Positions 37,636 through 49,493 of a stretch of 64,000 nt of DNA are shown here, one piece after another. Numbering within the stretch: the first letter of the stretch is position 1; each line of letters starts with the position of its first letter. The position numbers and the translations under genes are program-made. The stretch lies in assembly GCA_032718475.1 (NCBI GenBank), contig JAUCBJ010008464.1, positions 71,816-135,815 on the forward strand. Direction: 5' to 3'. This DNA is from Nemertoderma westbladi. Taxonomy: Eukaryota > Animalia > Xenacoelomorpha. The notes under the pieces were generated by a model that saw only the letters and a list, made by a program, of their open reading frames with translations, was not told where the DNA came from and did not search any database.

Positions 37636-38143
37636 CATATGTTAACGTGAATGGCTATCGTTGCCATTTATTTCCTTGAATATAATTCTACACTTTCTTC
37701 ACAGATTCTTCATTTAGAGGTAAATCCAACACTGATCACTGTGGCACAACCATAATGACCTTGATATTGACATGATTCATACCTTTGCAATGCAAAGGTT
37801 TTCATACATACGAGTTTTTCTAATGTTGATTATGAAGATTTTAAGAGGTTGGATTAAGGAACCACTTTTCAGCGGGATGCATTCTAGAATTTCAAATTCA
37901 ATATCAAGTCGTCTAATTTCACTAAGGTTGCAAGTCCCATGTGAGTTTGCTAGAGAACCAGAGGAACGCATGAAATAGACATATAGAAGGCAACTGAATT
38001 TAGACAGTTCTTATTGTAAACAGATCCAGTTGTACTAAGTGGAGTGTTGCCGAGTGCATTCTTTGAAAATGTTCTTATATTTACATGTTGCAATTCGTCT
38101 TTTCTCGGTAGAGGGAATTTGTGTGACGGGATTGAGTTCAATG

Positions 38144-38308
38144 TGTGAATGAGGATTAGCGGGAGATTTGAACTATGTTTTACATGTGTAAGCTTGACAG
38201 TATTAGTGGTACAGTATGGTACAGTAGTCAGACAGTAAAGGGATACCAGTACGGTATTACCTAGTGCAATATGCTTTACAATATGCTTGTTGTTATATCG
38301 CATTAACA
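38144..38308 (+). repeat. Copia 5' LTR
   Basis: Near-identical to 55336-55500; preceded by CAATG. Confidence 0.96.
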
Positions 38309-38318
38309 TGGTAGCAGA
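38309..38318 (+). promoter_or_regulatory. Copia PBS, complementary to the initiator tRNA-Met 3' end
   Basis: TGGTAGCAGA immediately after the LTR. Confidence 0.85.
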
Positions 38319-38582
38319 AGCCAAACCACAGGGTGTTGATAATGGTACCAGTGTCTGGGCTATAACATACCTGAATTAATGTCGGAGATAACGTTTAATT
38401 TAAAGTACTGGTACAGAAATTAAACTTCAAGACATATTGTCAGTATCCTGTTATATCAGTATATTGTTAGATTGTTATCCAGCGGGAAATAAACGTATGG
38501 TACCGGTACTGTATACCAAACAATCTAAATACCAATATACCGATACGTATAAGACTGTAAGATATAGATAATAACTAATGCA

Positions 38583-39782
38583 ATGGATCAATCTACGATT
38601 GGGCCTAATACAAGTAATAATAGAGTTAATGTTAAAAATCCACCACCACTTAGAGAAGACCTATCTTATGAAAATTGGGTCCGAGAATTAGAAATATGGC
38701 AAGACGCGACGGACATTCCGAAAACTCGGCAGGGACCCACCGTTTTCCTGAGTTTAACTGGCGTCGCCAGTGAGGCGATTCTAGAGATCTCCCGGGATGA
38801 ATTAAAAGGTAAAGATGGAGTAAATCGTATCATAGAGAAACTCGATTCCTTGTATTTAAAAGATAAGGCCATACGGGCATTCCACTCTTATGATAAATTC
38901 TGTAGTTTTAGACGACCCACAGACTCCAATATCACAGATTTTATAATAACTTTTGAGCGAAACGTAAATAAATGTAAGGCGCTTAATATGATTCTTCCAG
39001 ATGGGGTTTTAGCCTATCAACTATTGAAATGCGCAAATTTAGATGATACCAAAAACCAATTAGCGTTAGCAACGGTCGGCGAGCTAACCTATGATAATAT
39101 GAAAAAGCAAATACTGAAATTATTCGTTGATGTTTCGCCTCAGTATGTAAATAGTAGTAGCAGAGATACGGATATTAAAATAAAATCTGAACCGATATTT
39201 GCTGCTTCGGTCGAACAGGATACCGGAACTTGGGATTCAGAGGATATTGAATGGGATTATGAAACTGATTGTTACTATGGAAATTCATATTACAGGGGGG
39301 GTTATCCACGAAGCAGCGGAAGGTTTAGTCGCAGGCCAAGAATAGCCAGATACATAGTCACTAACAATAGGAGACCTCAACGAGGAACTGTCACTTCCTA
39401 TCGGGTAAACGCGCCGAAAGCTGCAGGAACTTTGCGATTAAATCCTCCAGATCAGTACGGCAGACCTACACAATGTGGTTGCTGCATGTCGATTTATCAT
39501 TATGAATCCGATTGTAAAGAATCACCAAAAAGTACCGAATATAAGTCCGCTCTCTTTAACACTGTGAACATTGAAAATGAAGACAAGCTTCAAATTGACA
39601 ATATAACACTTTTCACCGACGCCGATCTTGTCACTAAAAATCATCTTCTGTCAGAAACTCTCAACTGTGCTATTATTGACACGGGCTGTACAACGACTGT
39701 CGCTGGAGAGACATGGCTGAGATGCTACATTGAGTCTTTAAACTGTGTCGATAAACGAGATATAGTTTATGAGGACAGCAAT
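38583..39782 (+). CDS. gag: Copia gag-pol, 5' part (gag, zinc knuckle, protease start)
   Basis: YENWVRELEIW...KTRQGPTVFLSL, CGCCMSIYHYESDC and protease IIDTGC; continues in frame at 51859 once copy C and one TSD are removed. Confidence 0.92.
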
Positions 39783-41028
39783 TGTAAAAGCTTCTGTGGG
39801 ATCTAACTGGCCCCTTTTGCTTCGCAATCCAGTTTCCCCCCAGGGGCTGGAATACTCTAAAAAGGTTCTCTAACTGTATATATATTCCCCTCGCCCGCAA
39901 GGTACCGTTACAGGTGTTTTAACGGACATAAAAGTCATTCTGCTATATACGTGTTTTGGCGGACATGGTAAGGCAAAAAACCTGTAATGCACCAACTACC
40001 TTTCACAGCTTAGCCGTGATGATTCATATTACGACATCTAACAGCTGGTTGCTGACATGGAAACAGCCATTGGATGCATGGTTCTTTGTTCGGCTTGAGC
40101 CAATCAGAGCGATTTTTCCTGTCGACGTGTAGCTTTTCGGTCGATCATAAGGAGAGTGTTCAGTCTTACTGCTTTTACTTGATACTTTGTTGTTATTGCT
40201 GTCTAAGCCAGAAACACCGGCTTTTTGGGAAGAACTCTAGTAAAACTGCTTAAATTATCGAAAGTATAAACTGTTACCTTAACAAATCAATAACTCACTA
40301 ATTAACATGCTCACTTAATTTAATTGCATTAATCATATTGTTTGTACTGTTATTTTACCGTCAGTTATTAATTGTACCTATTTGTTGATGGAAATATTGC
40401 TCTTTGGATAATACGGATAAATCACCCAAATTCCCAATTTTCTTGATACACTACAGGTTAGAGAGACCGGCTATACATAACAATTGCGATTTATATTAAT
40501 GTGGTGTGTATTGAATCCAATGTTATTTAGCAGACCCTACGTGAGTCAATTGCTGCTCTCTTTATGTGTGATCAAATATACTGACGGTCGGCAGAATAGT
40601 GTGTATGATTGTGATTGGTAACAAAGTATTTCCTAAAGAATACGTTTTATACTTCAATCATAAGCAGTATCGTTGCGTTTTAGTATAAGTCTTAGTTCTG
40701 TTTAGATAGATAGAGCGCCACGTCCTAAAGGAACTGTTAATATTTCCCGAAAGCCAATAATATCTGTCAGAAATTAATTATTAACGATCTATCGAATAAT
40801 ACAGTAAGTTTACACTGCAACCTTACACTGCAATAATAAAATTTAAGCATCCGAATTCAGCCTCCCGGGTGTAGATCCATCGGGTGAATGATCGCGCATG
40901 GGCTGACTTCGGCTAATGTTTTGTGTATTAGCATAAAATATTGTCGTATGCTAAAGGTGTTTTTATTAACTAAAAGACATATAAATTTTGGCAGGTTAAA
41001 CTGCTAAAGGTCTTCAAAAGCGCGAACA
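39783..41028 (+). repeat. Copy C 5' LTR (1246 bp)
   Basis: Direct repeat of 50611-51853, differing by one substitution and one short local replacement that I could see. Confidence 0.97.
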
Positions 41029-41041
41029 GTAACAGTTTATA
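41029..41041 (+). promoter_or_regulatory. Non-tRNA primer-binding site of copy C (GTAACAGTTTATA)
   Basis: Abuts the LTR, has no TGG, and is a perfect 13-bp reverse complement of LTR 40265-40277 (TATAAACTGTTAC). Confidence 0.82.
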
Positions 41042-41377
41042 ATCTTATTGCAGTAGGCAATAAGGTTGCAAAATACCGTAGTGACTGGTAAAACTGAACC
41101 GGTACTTTGTAGGTCAGTAGGCCTAACTGTCATCACCGGTACCGGTACTGCTGTACAAGTACATTTAGTATTATTCGATTTGATTATTGTATACTGGTAG
41201 GTCTTAGTACTTAATCAGGGACTGCAGCCCTGAATTTTTATTGAGATTTTACCTATTTCTGTCGGTTTTATTTCCTAGTAGGCTAATATTGAGCAGAAGG
41301 CGTGTGACCCTGCTCAGATTGTTCAGATAATTGTAGGCTGAGCTGCTGTCTGACTGTTGTTGAGTTTGGAGAGATTA

Positions 41378-41910
41378 CGGCGTATGTAGAGTTTGTCTGA
41401 TAAAGTGCCGTTAGTAAGTTGGGGCAGCCATATGCGGTAAGGTCAATCCCCTCTTAAAGAATAAGTCGTACTACCGTGTTAGAACGCATACTAACTAACA
41501 GTTTCAGAGTCTGCATATACTGTAGTTTATCTAGGCTTGATCGTAGTCTGCCAGTGTTTTAGCCTGAGTTTGTTTGTGTGGTCTGTTCAGGTACCGTAAT
41601 AGTTATTACTCAAATATTTGTAGGCTGGATTGTTGTCTAGCTATTTTTAGGTCTGAAGGGATTGCTGCGTGTGTAGAGTTGGTCTGATCAAGTGCCGTTA
41701 GTAAGTTGGGGCAGCCATAAGCGGTAAGGTCAATCCCCTCTTAAAGAGTAAGTCGTACTACCGTGTTAGAACGCATACTAACTAACAGTTTCAGAATCTG
41801 CACATACTGTAGTTTGTTTAGGCTTAATAGTAGTCTGCCAGCGTTTGGTTTGTATTTGTTTGAGTATTCTGTACGGGTAGCGTAATATTTATTATTCAGA
41901 GTTTATGCGA
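41378..41910. repeat. ~290-bp-period direct duplication in the copy C 5' UTR
   Basis: gtagagttt/ggtctgata/caagtgccgttagtaagttggggcagcc... occurs at ~41386 and ~41673. Confidence 0.8.
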
Positions 41911-43207
41911 TTATTCGCAACATTCATGTCCCCAAGTTTATTCCTACAGTAATTGTGCTTGTTATACATACCGTTATAGTTAAACTAACCCCGGTACTAC
42001 ATTAGGGCTGCTTGGCGTAGGTAAAGACTGACGACTTTGTGCTTCGGTCACTCCAGCAGATGCCGTGGTTCTTTTAACTGTTCAAGTATATTTAACTACT
42101 GATTATTTGTTATACCGGTACTTGTACCTAATTTAGGGTTTAGTGTACAGTGCTTTCCGAAGTAATTAGTGTAGGCAGTATATTTGTGTTGTAAAGTGGT
42201 TGATAGGCACATTCGTTAGCTCTATTAGCTTCTGGGTAGGAACAATCCGTGATACATAACGTAGTACCTATAGCGATACGGTTATAGGTCGTCAGGCGGT
42301 GGTATTTTCCTATCTGGACAGTACAATATATTTACTACTTATTATTTCAAATACCGTAGTACCCTGTCCGTTGTAATAACCAGAATTCTAACCCTTTGTT
42401 AGGCTGGTTTGTAGACTTCCTGTAAAATTACCCTAAAAATTTCGTACGTAATATTTTGTTGTGTTTAATTAGAGAATTAATCTCACCAGTATAGTAAGTA
42501 ATTTGTAGTATTAAGTAACTTAGGTAAATTATAATTATCAGTTTTAGTGTCAAATAAATAGCACTTCACTGAGAGGCGTTCAGCTTCTGTGTAGTGACTC
42601 CCCCAGAAATAATAACATTTATTTCAAATATTGACAAAAACCCATATAACGGGTATATAAATATTATAAATCAACTCAAACGATTTATAAATAGTAGGCC
42701 TGCCATACAACAACTAGGTCTCAATATCAGTTGGACTGCTGCTTAAATAACGGTAATAAAGTAAGTTAAAGTAACCAAGTAACCCTAAAATATTCAGAAA
42801 TTCAATTATTCTAAAATAATTGACATACCGGTATTTACCATAGGCTTATTATATTTATTTCTATAAATTTGAGCTGAAATCATACCGGTATTCTGTAATT
42901 AATTCTAGTAATAATTATACTTATATATACTATAAGTGTCAGCTGTATACCGGTATTCACGATAGGCCTATTATATATTTATATATATTTGTGCTAAAAT
43001 TATATACCGGTACTCTGTGACAAATCTAGTCTGTAATAATACTTATATATATATTATAAGCATACCGGTATTCTAATATATTATATATATATCACGCTAC
43101 ACTGAGTAGCAGTATCGGTAATTAATTATTAGGCTAACAGTGATACTGAATTACTAGACTTGCTTTAACTGTAATATAGCAGTAGGCGTTCGACTGTACA
43201 ATCAAAC

Positions 43208-46200
43208 ATGGCTGACACAAGGCAAACTCTGTCAGATAGTCTCCTAGAAACAACAGCCTGTTTCTCAGATCAAAGTGTAGAGAATCCCAGACCGAGGTCT
43301 GAAACCCCTCATACTGTAAGAAGGGCAACCCCTGCAGTGGTTGTGACAGAACCTAGGTTGGTAGAAAAGATTTCGCAATTTGCGAAGTTAGTGAAGCGCC
43401 GTTGGTCTGCCATAGGCACTCGGGCCCAAGTCAAGCGGGATCAAGAAGAAGCTATAAAACAGCAGCAACCTCCTAGCCAAGAACCTAGTTCTCAGCGGCC
43501 CGATAGCTCCAGTAGTTCGGATACTGTTGAGCGGACGCCCGAACGCGGAGCGAAGATGGCGGATACGGTTTATGATGGGCGGCCAGCCTGTGGGGAATCA
43601 ACCGACGCCACTTCTTCTCAAGTGGAAAGTGAGGTGGAAGGCGAAGTGGAAAGTGAGGTGGAAGGCGAAGTGGAAAGTGAGGTGGAAAGCGAAGTGGAAA
43701 GCGAGGTGGAAAGCGAAGTGGAAAGCGAATTAACATCAGCAGAGAAGCCGCGAACTAGAGACGCTATCGACATTTATTTGTCCGACTATCAGCGATTCCT
43801 AGGAGACGAAGAGTTGAGGAGACGGCTGTCTGGACTTTCCCCTAATAGTGAAGGAACCAAGCTTGTGTTGGACTCAATCGATGCCGAAATGTCAGCTGCA
43901 AACCAAGCTGAATGTGATGAAAAACTCCGCCTCATTAGAGTCCGAGAAGAACAAATAAAGAAAAGAAGGATAGAGGAACAAAAGGCGGCGGCTATGGCGG
44001 AGGCTATAGCAGATGCAGAAGCAGAAAGAAAGGCAGCGGCGGCAGAAGTAGAAGCAGAAAGAATAGCAGCAAAGGCAGCGGCGGCAGATGCAGAAGCAGA
44101 AAGAAAAGCAGCAAAGGCGGCGGCTGCGGCAGATGCAGAAGCAGAAAGAAAGGTGGCAAAGGCAGTGGCAGAAGCAGAAAGGAGAGCATCTGAGCAGACT
44201 ACCCAACTGGAGTTGGAGAATCTGCAAGAGACACAAGACAGTATAAATAAACAGTTTACTGCTAATCAAATGCAGATGATGAGAAAATCTACTCCCAAGC
44301 GCCAGGGGTACACATCCTCGGAGGAAGGCGATACTACCGACCCTGAAGGCGGAGGAAATAGATCTCATCTAAGTAGGCGTAGAAAAACATATTACCGTCG
44401 CAAATTGCCTGATTTGCCCCCAGCTGTTAAAAGACAGCTAACTAGCACAGATTTAGGTAGTGCAGAACCCATAGAACAATTTATCCAGGTCAAAAGACTC
44501 CCTACTATAGTCGATGAACCTGAAATAATTAGGCCTGTAGTTCCCAAAGTCACTTCTGTGCTAGAGACCCCTACACTTCCAGAGCTTAACTCTAAATTCC
44601 CTTTACATAGCACTACACTGCCTGTACCCGGTGGAACAGTCCATGCAAATACCCCTGTCCAGATAGCAGAGAGAGAAATCAATAATTTGTCTCCCGTCGT
44701 CCCGCGTCAGCCCGCTACTATGTTGGTGACTCCCGCTTCGGCGGTTGAGTGGGTGGAAGAGGGACGGCGGGGGATGAATCTCCTGCTAGGACAGATGCAG
44801 GAGACTGTCCACCAACTTAAGGGAACAGTGAGGGAAGGTAGAGCAGAGTTGCAAGAAGTGCAACAAAGTATCGCGCTAGAACGCGACAAATTAGTCAATA
44901 TACAAAAAGGCATACCAATGCCCCCTGTAACATTGTGTCAACCTGTTAGGTCTGAAGTACTACATGCGCAAGGTGTGGAGCCTACACGCATCTATACTGC
45001 TAGTGAAGTTGAAACTCCTATAGCAAACCCTATTAAGGGTGATTATAGACCTGTTATTAATGATATTCCCTATAGACCTGATAATGATCCGAGAAATTTA
45101 TATACCGATAATTCGATATTAAATAACACGATGGTCCAAGAAAGCTTTACGCGTCAGATGGCTAGAACAGAAGCCCGCCAAGCGGTCAAAGTGGGAGAGA
45201 TCGTCAAATTCAATGGAGACGAGATGAAATGGTTACCTTTCAACGAATATTACAAAGATAGCATACAGAACTCTGTACTATCTAACGGAGAGAAACTTAG
45301 ATTCCTCATCAAGTGCTTGGAAGGACCTCCCAAGTTAATGGCGTTAAAGTTTATTGGACATCCAGATGGATTAAGACAAGTTTGGGATACACTAAACATC
45401 AGGTATGGTAACAAGGATAACATAGCTAAGTATTTGTATGCAAAATTAGTAGCCCCCCGACACTTCCTTAGTAGTGGGATTATAGAGTTTTCCGATGAAA
45501 TTCAAGAGATCTGTAGACAACTGGACTGGTTAGGTAAGTCGCACGAATATCAGAGTTCCATGGTTATTGGAGCCGTAGTCTCTACTTTACCAAAGGGTGG
45601 AGTATGTACACGCTGGGACAAGAAAGTGTTGTACATGAATGAACAACAACGACGAAGTCCTACCATGGCTGATCTCATGTCTTTCTTAGATAGTGAAGTA
45701 AAATTACAACTCATAAGGCAGTCCAGAGAGAAAACATCGGAAAATAAGGTAAGTGAGAAACCCGTTTCTAGGAGAAGGATAATACCAGTGTGTTATACTG
45801 ACGACAGCGAAAGTCAAGCTTCTCAAGAAGAGGACAGCGGGAAAGACACAGCAAAATCTTACTATGACAACAAGACCTATAAAGACGTAAGTAAATACAA
45901 GTCTCGAACCAGTGACAGGAGAGAACAGGTAACAACAACTCCTCCTACGTCTCCTAAGAGAATTCACGGAAGAAAGCCCGAAGAAAGAACGAGAGTGCAG
46001 AACGTTAACCAAGTTAAGGTGAGTAACATCAAACCAAAATGTGCGCTGTGCGACGGGCCCCACCGTTTGAGTGCGTGTGCTGAATTTCTAAAGAAATCCC
46101 CTGTAGACAGACGTACAGTCCTGTGGAATAAGCGGTTATGCTATAATTGCCTCAGATCAGGACACCAACGGCGAACCTGTTACTCCGACGTAAAGTGTGC

Positions 46201-47470
46201 AAAGTGTGGCGCGAAACATCACATCTTGTTACACAGTGAGTTCGAACGAGACAACCCGAGTCAGGCAAGTGAGCCCGAACTACATGTCCAATTCAGTGAT
46301 GTGAACGACACTGACCAAGGTTCTGAGTGGGAAGGATTCTATACAGACGAATTCTCCGATGCCAACGAATCCTGTTATCTAATAAATACCACAGTGTATC
46401 GAGCACTTACGGATGAAAAGGACACTGACGAGTTTACTCCAACTCCTTTTGACAAACAACCATCTTGGAAAGTTCCGACTTCCAACATAGGAATAAGAGA
46501 ATTTCCTGTAGTGCAAGTTCGAGTTCATGGTCTTAACAAGAGTTACATAGTGAACGCCCTACTTGACTCCGGCAGCACAGGAACTTTCATCGATCAAGAA
46601 CTAGCCGAAGATATCTTTGCTGGACAACCCAAGTTCCGGATTAAATTGAATATGTCAGGAATTATACAGGTTTGGAAATCTACCCTAACGGCAGATTACT
46701 ATGTAGGTGAGTTGTCCACCCCCCAGGATAAATTAGGAGCACAAAGTATAAGGTCAGTAAAAATGGTGGCTATAAAGAACTTCGCTACTACCCAAGCAGA
46801 CCTTTATAACTGGGACGAGGACGAGTGCATCCAACATCTTGAGATACCTCGATTCCAAACCGATTATCCTGGAGTGCAAATCCTCATCGGCCAAAACGCG
46901 CATGAGGCGCTCGAGACATTGGAGAAACGGCCTGCTCAACTGCAGCCATTACAAACTTATGCGGTAAGAACTAGAGTAGGTTGGTACTTTACTGGCCCTT
47001 CCCGCAGAACTCTTGAAGAAAGATTGCCACAAGACCGGCTACTTCAAGTAAAGGATTGGGAAGAGGGGAGCAGTGAAGTGGACGAACCCACTGAGGTAAC
47101 ACCATACTCCTCAGATAATGACGATATTAACTCCAATGTAGATCAATGGAGACATTGCCTTGGGACGATTAATCCAGCCGACATCGCTTCCAGAGGAGCA
47201 ACTCCTCAAGAACTGATAGATACTCCAGGCTGGTTAGGTGGATCCGACTCCTTAAGTAAAGAAGAAGAAGAATGGCCTCCTCATCTTACCACGGCAGAGA
47301 GTAGACAGGCCAAGGGAGCGGAGAAACTAACACAACAACTCAATCGCCCAGCTGGTCGTTTATGTTTACTGGAAAGAGACCGAAAACTGTCCGGAAACTA
47401 TGGAAGGCAAGATACTCTTCCTACGACCACTTCCCTAATCCGACAAATATCTAGGGACTCTATAACGTAA
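43208..47470 (+). CDS. gag: BEL/Pao gag-protease polyprotein (1420 aa) fused in frame to short RNase H-end and pol C-terminal remnants
   Basis: Open ORF with KFNGDEMKWLPF (DUF1759-like), CALCDGPHRLSAC / CYNCLRSGHQRRTC / CAKCGAKHHILLH and ALLDSGS; no RT or integrase motifs. Confidence 0.93.
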   Translation: MADTRQTLSDSLLETTACFSDQSVENPRPRSETPHTVRRATPAVVVTEPRLVEKISQFAKLVKRRWSAIGTRAQVKRDQEEAIKQQQPPSQEPSSQRPDSSSSSDTVERTPERGAKMADTVYDGRPACGESTDATSSQVESEVEGEVESEVEGEVESEVESEVESEVESEVESELTSAEKPRTRDAIDIYLSDYQRFLGDEELRRRLSGLSPNSEGTKLVLDSIDAEMSAANQAECDEKLRLIRVREEQIKKRRIEEQKAAAMAEAIADAEAERKAAAAEVEAERIAAKAAAADAEAERKAAKAAAAADAEAERKVAKAVAEAERRASEQTTQLELENLQETQDSINKQFTANQMQMMRKSTPKRQGYTSSEEGDTTDPEGGGNRSHLSRRRKTYYRRKLPDLPPAVKRQLTSTDLGSAEPIEQFIQVKRLPTIVDEPEIIRPVVPKVTSVLETPTLPELNSKFPLHSTTLPVPGGTVHANTPVQIAEREINNLSPVVPRQPATMLVTPASAVEWVEEGRRGMNLLLGQMQETVHQLKGTVREGRAELQEVQQSIALERDKLVNIQKGIPMPPVTLCQPVRSEVLHAQGVEPTRIYTASEVETPIANPIKGDYRPVINDIPYRPDNDPRNLYTDNSILNNTMVQESFTRQMARTEARQAVKVGEIVKFNGDEMKWLPFNEYYKDSIQNSVLSNGEKLRFLIKCLEGPPKLMALKFIGHPDGLRQVWDTLNIRYGNKDNIAKYLYAKLVAPRHFLSSGIIEFSDEIQEICRQLDWLGKSHEYQSSMVIGAVVSTLPKGGVCTRWDKKVLYMNEQQRRSPTMADLMSFLDSEVKLQLIRQSREKTSENKVSEKPVSRRRIIPVCYTDDSESQASQEEDSGKDTAKSYYDNKTYKDVSKYKSRTSDRREQVTTTPPTSPKRIHGRKPEERTRVQNVNQVKVSNIKPKCALCDGPHRLSACAEFLKKSPVDRRTVLWNKRLCYNCLRSGHQRRTCYSDVKCAKCGAKHHILLHSEFERDNPSQASEPELHVQFSDVNDTDQGSEWEGFYTDEFSDANESCYLINTTVYRALTDEKDTDEFTPTPFDKQPSWKVPTSNIGIREFPVVQVRVHGLNKSYIVNALLDSGSTGTFIDQELAEDIFAGQPKFRIKLNMSGIIQVWKSTLTADYYVGELSTPQDKLGAQSIRSVKMVAIKNFATTQADLYNWDEDECIQHLEIPRFQTDYPGVQILIGQNAHEALETLEKRPAQLQPLQTYAVRTRVGWYFTGPSRRTLEERLPQDRLLQVKDWEEGSSEVDEPTEVTPYSSDNDDINSNVDQWRHCLGTINPADIASRGATPQELIDTPGWLGGSDSLSKEEEEWPPHLTTAESRQAKGAEKLTQQLNRPAGRLCLLERDRKLSGNYGRQDTLPTTTSLIRQISRDSIT

Positions 47471-49094
47471 TAACATATGGAGTGGGCGTGTGGCTATATC
47501 ATTTTATATTTGTTTTTATTTTATATTTATGTATGTATTATTATGTAATTTTATTATAATCGTTTTCTTTAATTTTATTTAGTAAAATGTTATTTTAGAA
47601 AATTTAGTAAATTAGTGCAATATATTAGTGTTTATTACGTACATAATTACTTATAATATATATTTAGTGCGACAGCGAGAAATAATTATTTTCTCTTCCC
47701 TTACTGTCCGTATCATATTATAAATACGTGACTACAGTAAGATGAAATGTCCGTACTTCTTAAAGTACAATAAAGCCACTACTATATTCAAGTATTATTG
47801 GTAGGCAGAGTATTAGGAATGCAAAGTTCAGATCCTCGTGTCTCGGCTAAACCAAGCTCTGGGTAGACCTTGGAAACGACTTGCCTCTTCACACTGACAT
47901 TGCTTTGTGCGATATTGCTCTTCTACCTTATATTAAATAATACATATAGTAGCGTGATGTCCCTCTAACAGTAGCGTAAATCGCAAATAAATCTGTTAAA
48001 CTTTTTGACCATCTGTAATTCTAGTCGATTAAGATATCGTGGCACCCACCGATATACTTGAAAGACAAATTCTAGAATCAGTGGTTAATGTCCCCAGACA
48101 AGTTCTGGAATAAATCGGTGCCCATCCAAAATATTAATTTAATATTTATTAAAATCTGTAAAATTCCGATCCTTTAAAATTTCTAGTCAATTAAGATATC
48201 GCAGCACTTACCGATACTCTTAAAAAGACAAATTTCATAGAATTCAGGATCCTATGTCCCCAGACCTGCTCTGGAATCAAATTGTGCCAATTTAACATCA
48301 AATAATAAAATTCGAGGGAATAATTTTAAATTCATATTCAAATGAATTTCATAAATTGTCATTTTGTGAAATTTGTAACATTCCCAAAATTTCAGTAATT
48401 AATAGATCATGGGAGCGGAGATTCATATTGAGTGTACTAGAGTGCGAGAATCTCCAATATATAGTCAATAGCCGATAAAATTTATAAAATCATGCATAAA
48501 GAGGATATTGACAATTAAAGAATTACTATTAAATAACATCCCAGATCTGTATACATGAGAATTGCCCTAATTCTACCGCTAGTTTTCCATAATGTCACCA
48601 TGGCAACACCCACGCTAGAATTAGAAGCAAGTTAAATGAACAATAAAAAGCTTGCCCCATTGCGTAGCATAAGAGTATACATAGCGCACTATTAGTATCC
48701 AAGGATACATAGTAATAACGTGACATTCTGGAAGACACTGACTAACGGACAAATGGCATGCATGTGTGCAGTAAGTAATGATTGTATGGAATTTGTGCGT
48801 TTATAGGTGAATGTTACTACTAAAGTGTGTTTACAGTAGCTAATCGCAATTGTAAAATAGCCCTAACTCTACCGAGATAACCTCAAGTGGATTCAAGCCT
48901 TTGGGACGGACAGTGGTGGGACTTGTGCCGGTTATCGTTGTCGTGCCGTTGCTACATGTTGGCGTAAACACTGCGACAACGGTACATCGGCGCTGAGAAA
49001 CCCACTGTCCGGGGGCAAAAGGCCTAGTAGGCAGCGACGCCCGCTTGCCTAAAATATTAACTCATATTGATATTAATAAACTCAGATAGCAGAT

Positions 49095-49493
49095 ATGACG
49101 GAATTGATAGAAGATGACCTTGGTATTAGAGAGCGATATACTCTACCTTTACAAGCGTTTGTGGATAGCTTGATACGCGGTGAAGCCGATCCGACTATTA
49201 CGGAGGACGATGGTCGTTATATCGAACCGCTGATGTCCCAGGAACAACTTACGCGTGAATTGGACTATCGAAAATTAACCGCTCGCTATACGCATCGTAA
49301 TGGTACGTATATGGACTTCTTAACTACCGGCCATCCTATCGATTTACATGATACGGACGATGTAGACACCGAAAGGGAAATGGTTCTATTTAAATATCAT
49401 ACCCAGCGGCGTCGTAACGATAAACCGAGAATAGATCACGAAAATTCTATTCGTAACAGACTGGGAAGACGAACCAATATGTCTAGAATCTGA
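49095..49493 (+). CDS. Accessory ORF3 N-terminal part (copy C)
   Basis: MTELIEDDLGIRERYTLPLQAFVDSLIRG... conserved in three copies; ends at a deletion junction. Confidence 0.65.
   Translation: MTELIEDDLGIRERYTLPLQAFVDSLIRGEADPTITEDDGRYIEPLMSQEQLTRELDYRKLTARYTHRNGTYMDFLTTGHPIDLHDTDDVDTEREMVLFKYHTQRRRNDKPRIDHENSIRNRLGRRTNMSRI

Noticed and set aside
38120-38137. Flank GTGTGACGGG.TTGAG resembles a Copia internal sequence at ~55237
   Set aside because: Short match outside the TSD-defined boundary; consistent with chance.
37700-38143. Possible decayed transposase at the Copia target site (QYQGHYGC-like motif on the minus strand)
   Set aside because: Too fragmentary and frameshifted to support a call.
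41029-41100. Displaced tRNA PBS downstream of the BEL LTR
   Set aside because: No TGG-initiated sequence lies within a few nt of the LTR in B or C, and the sequence differs between the copies.
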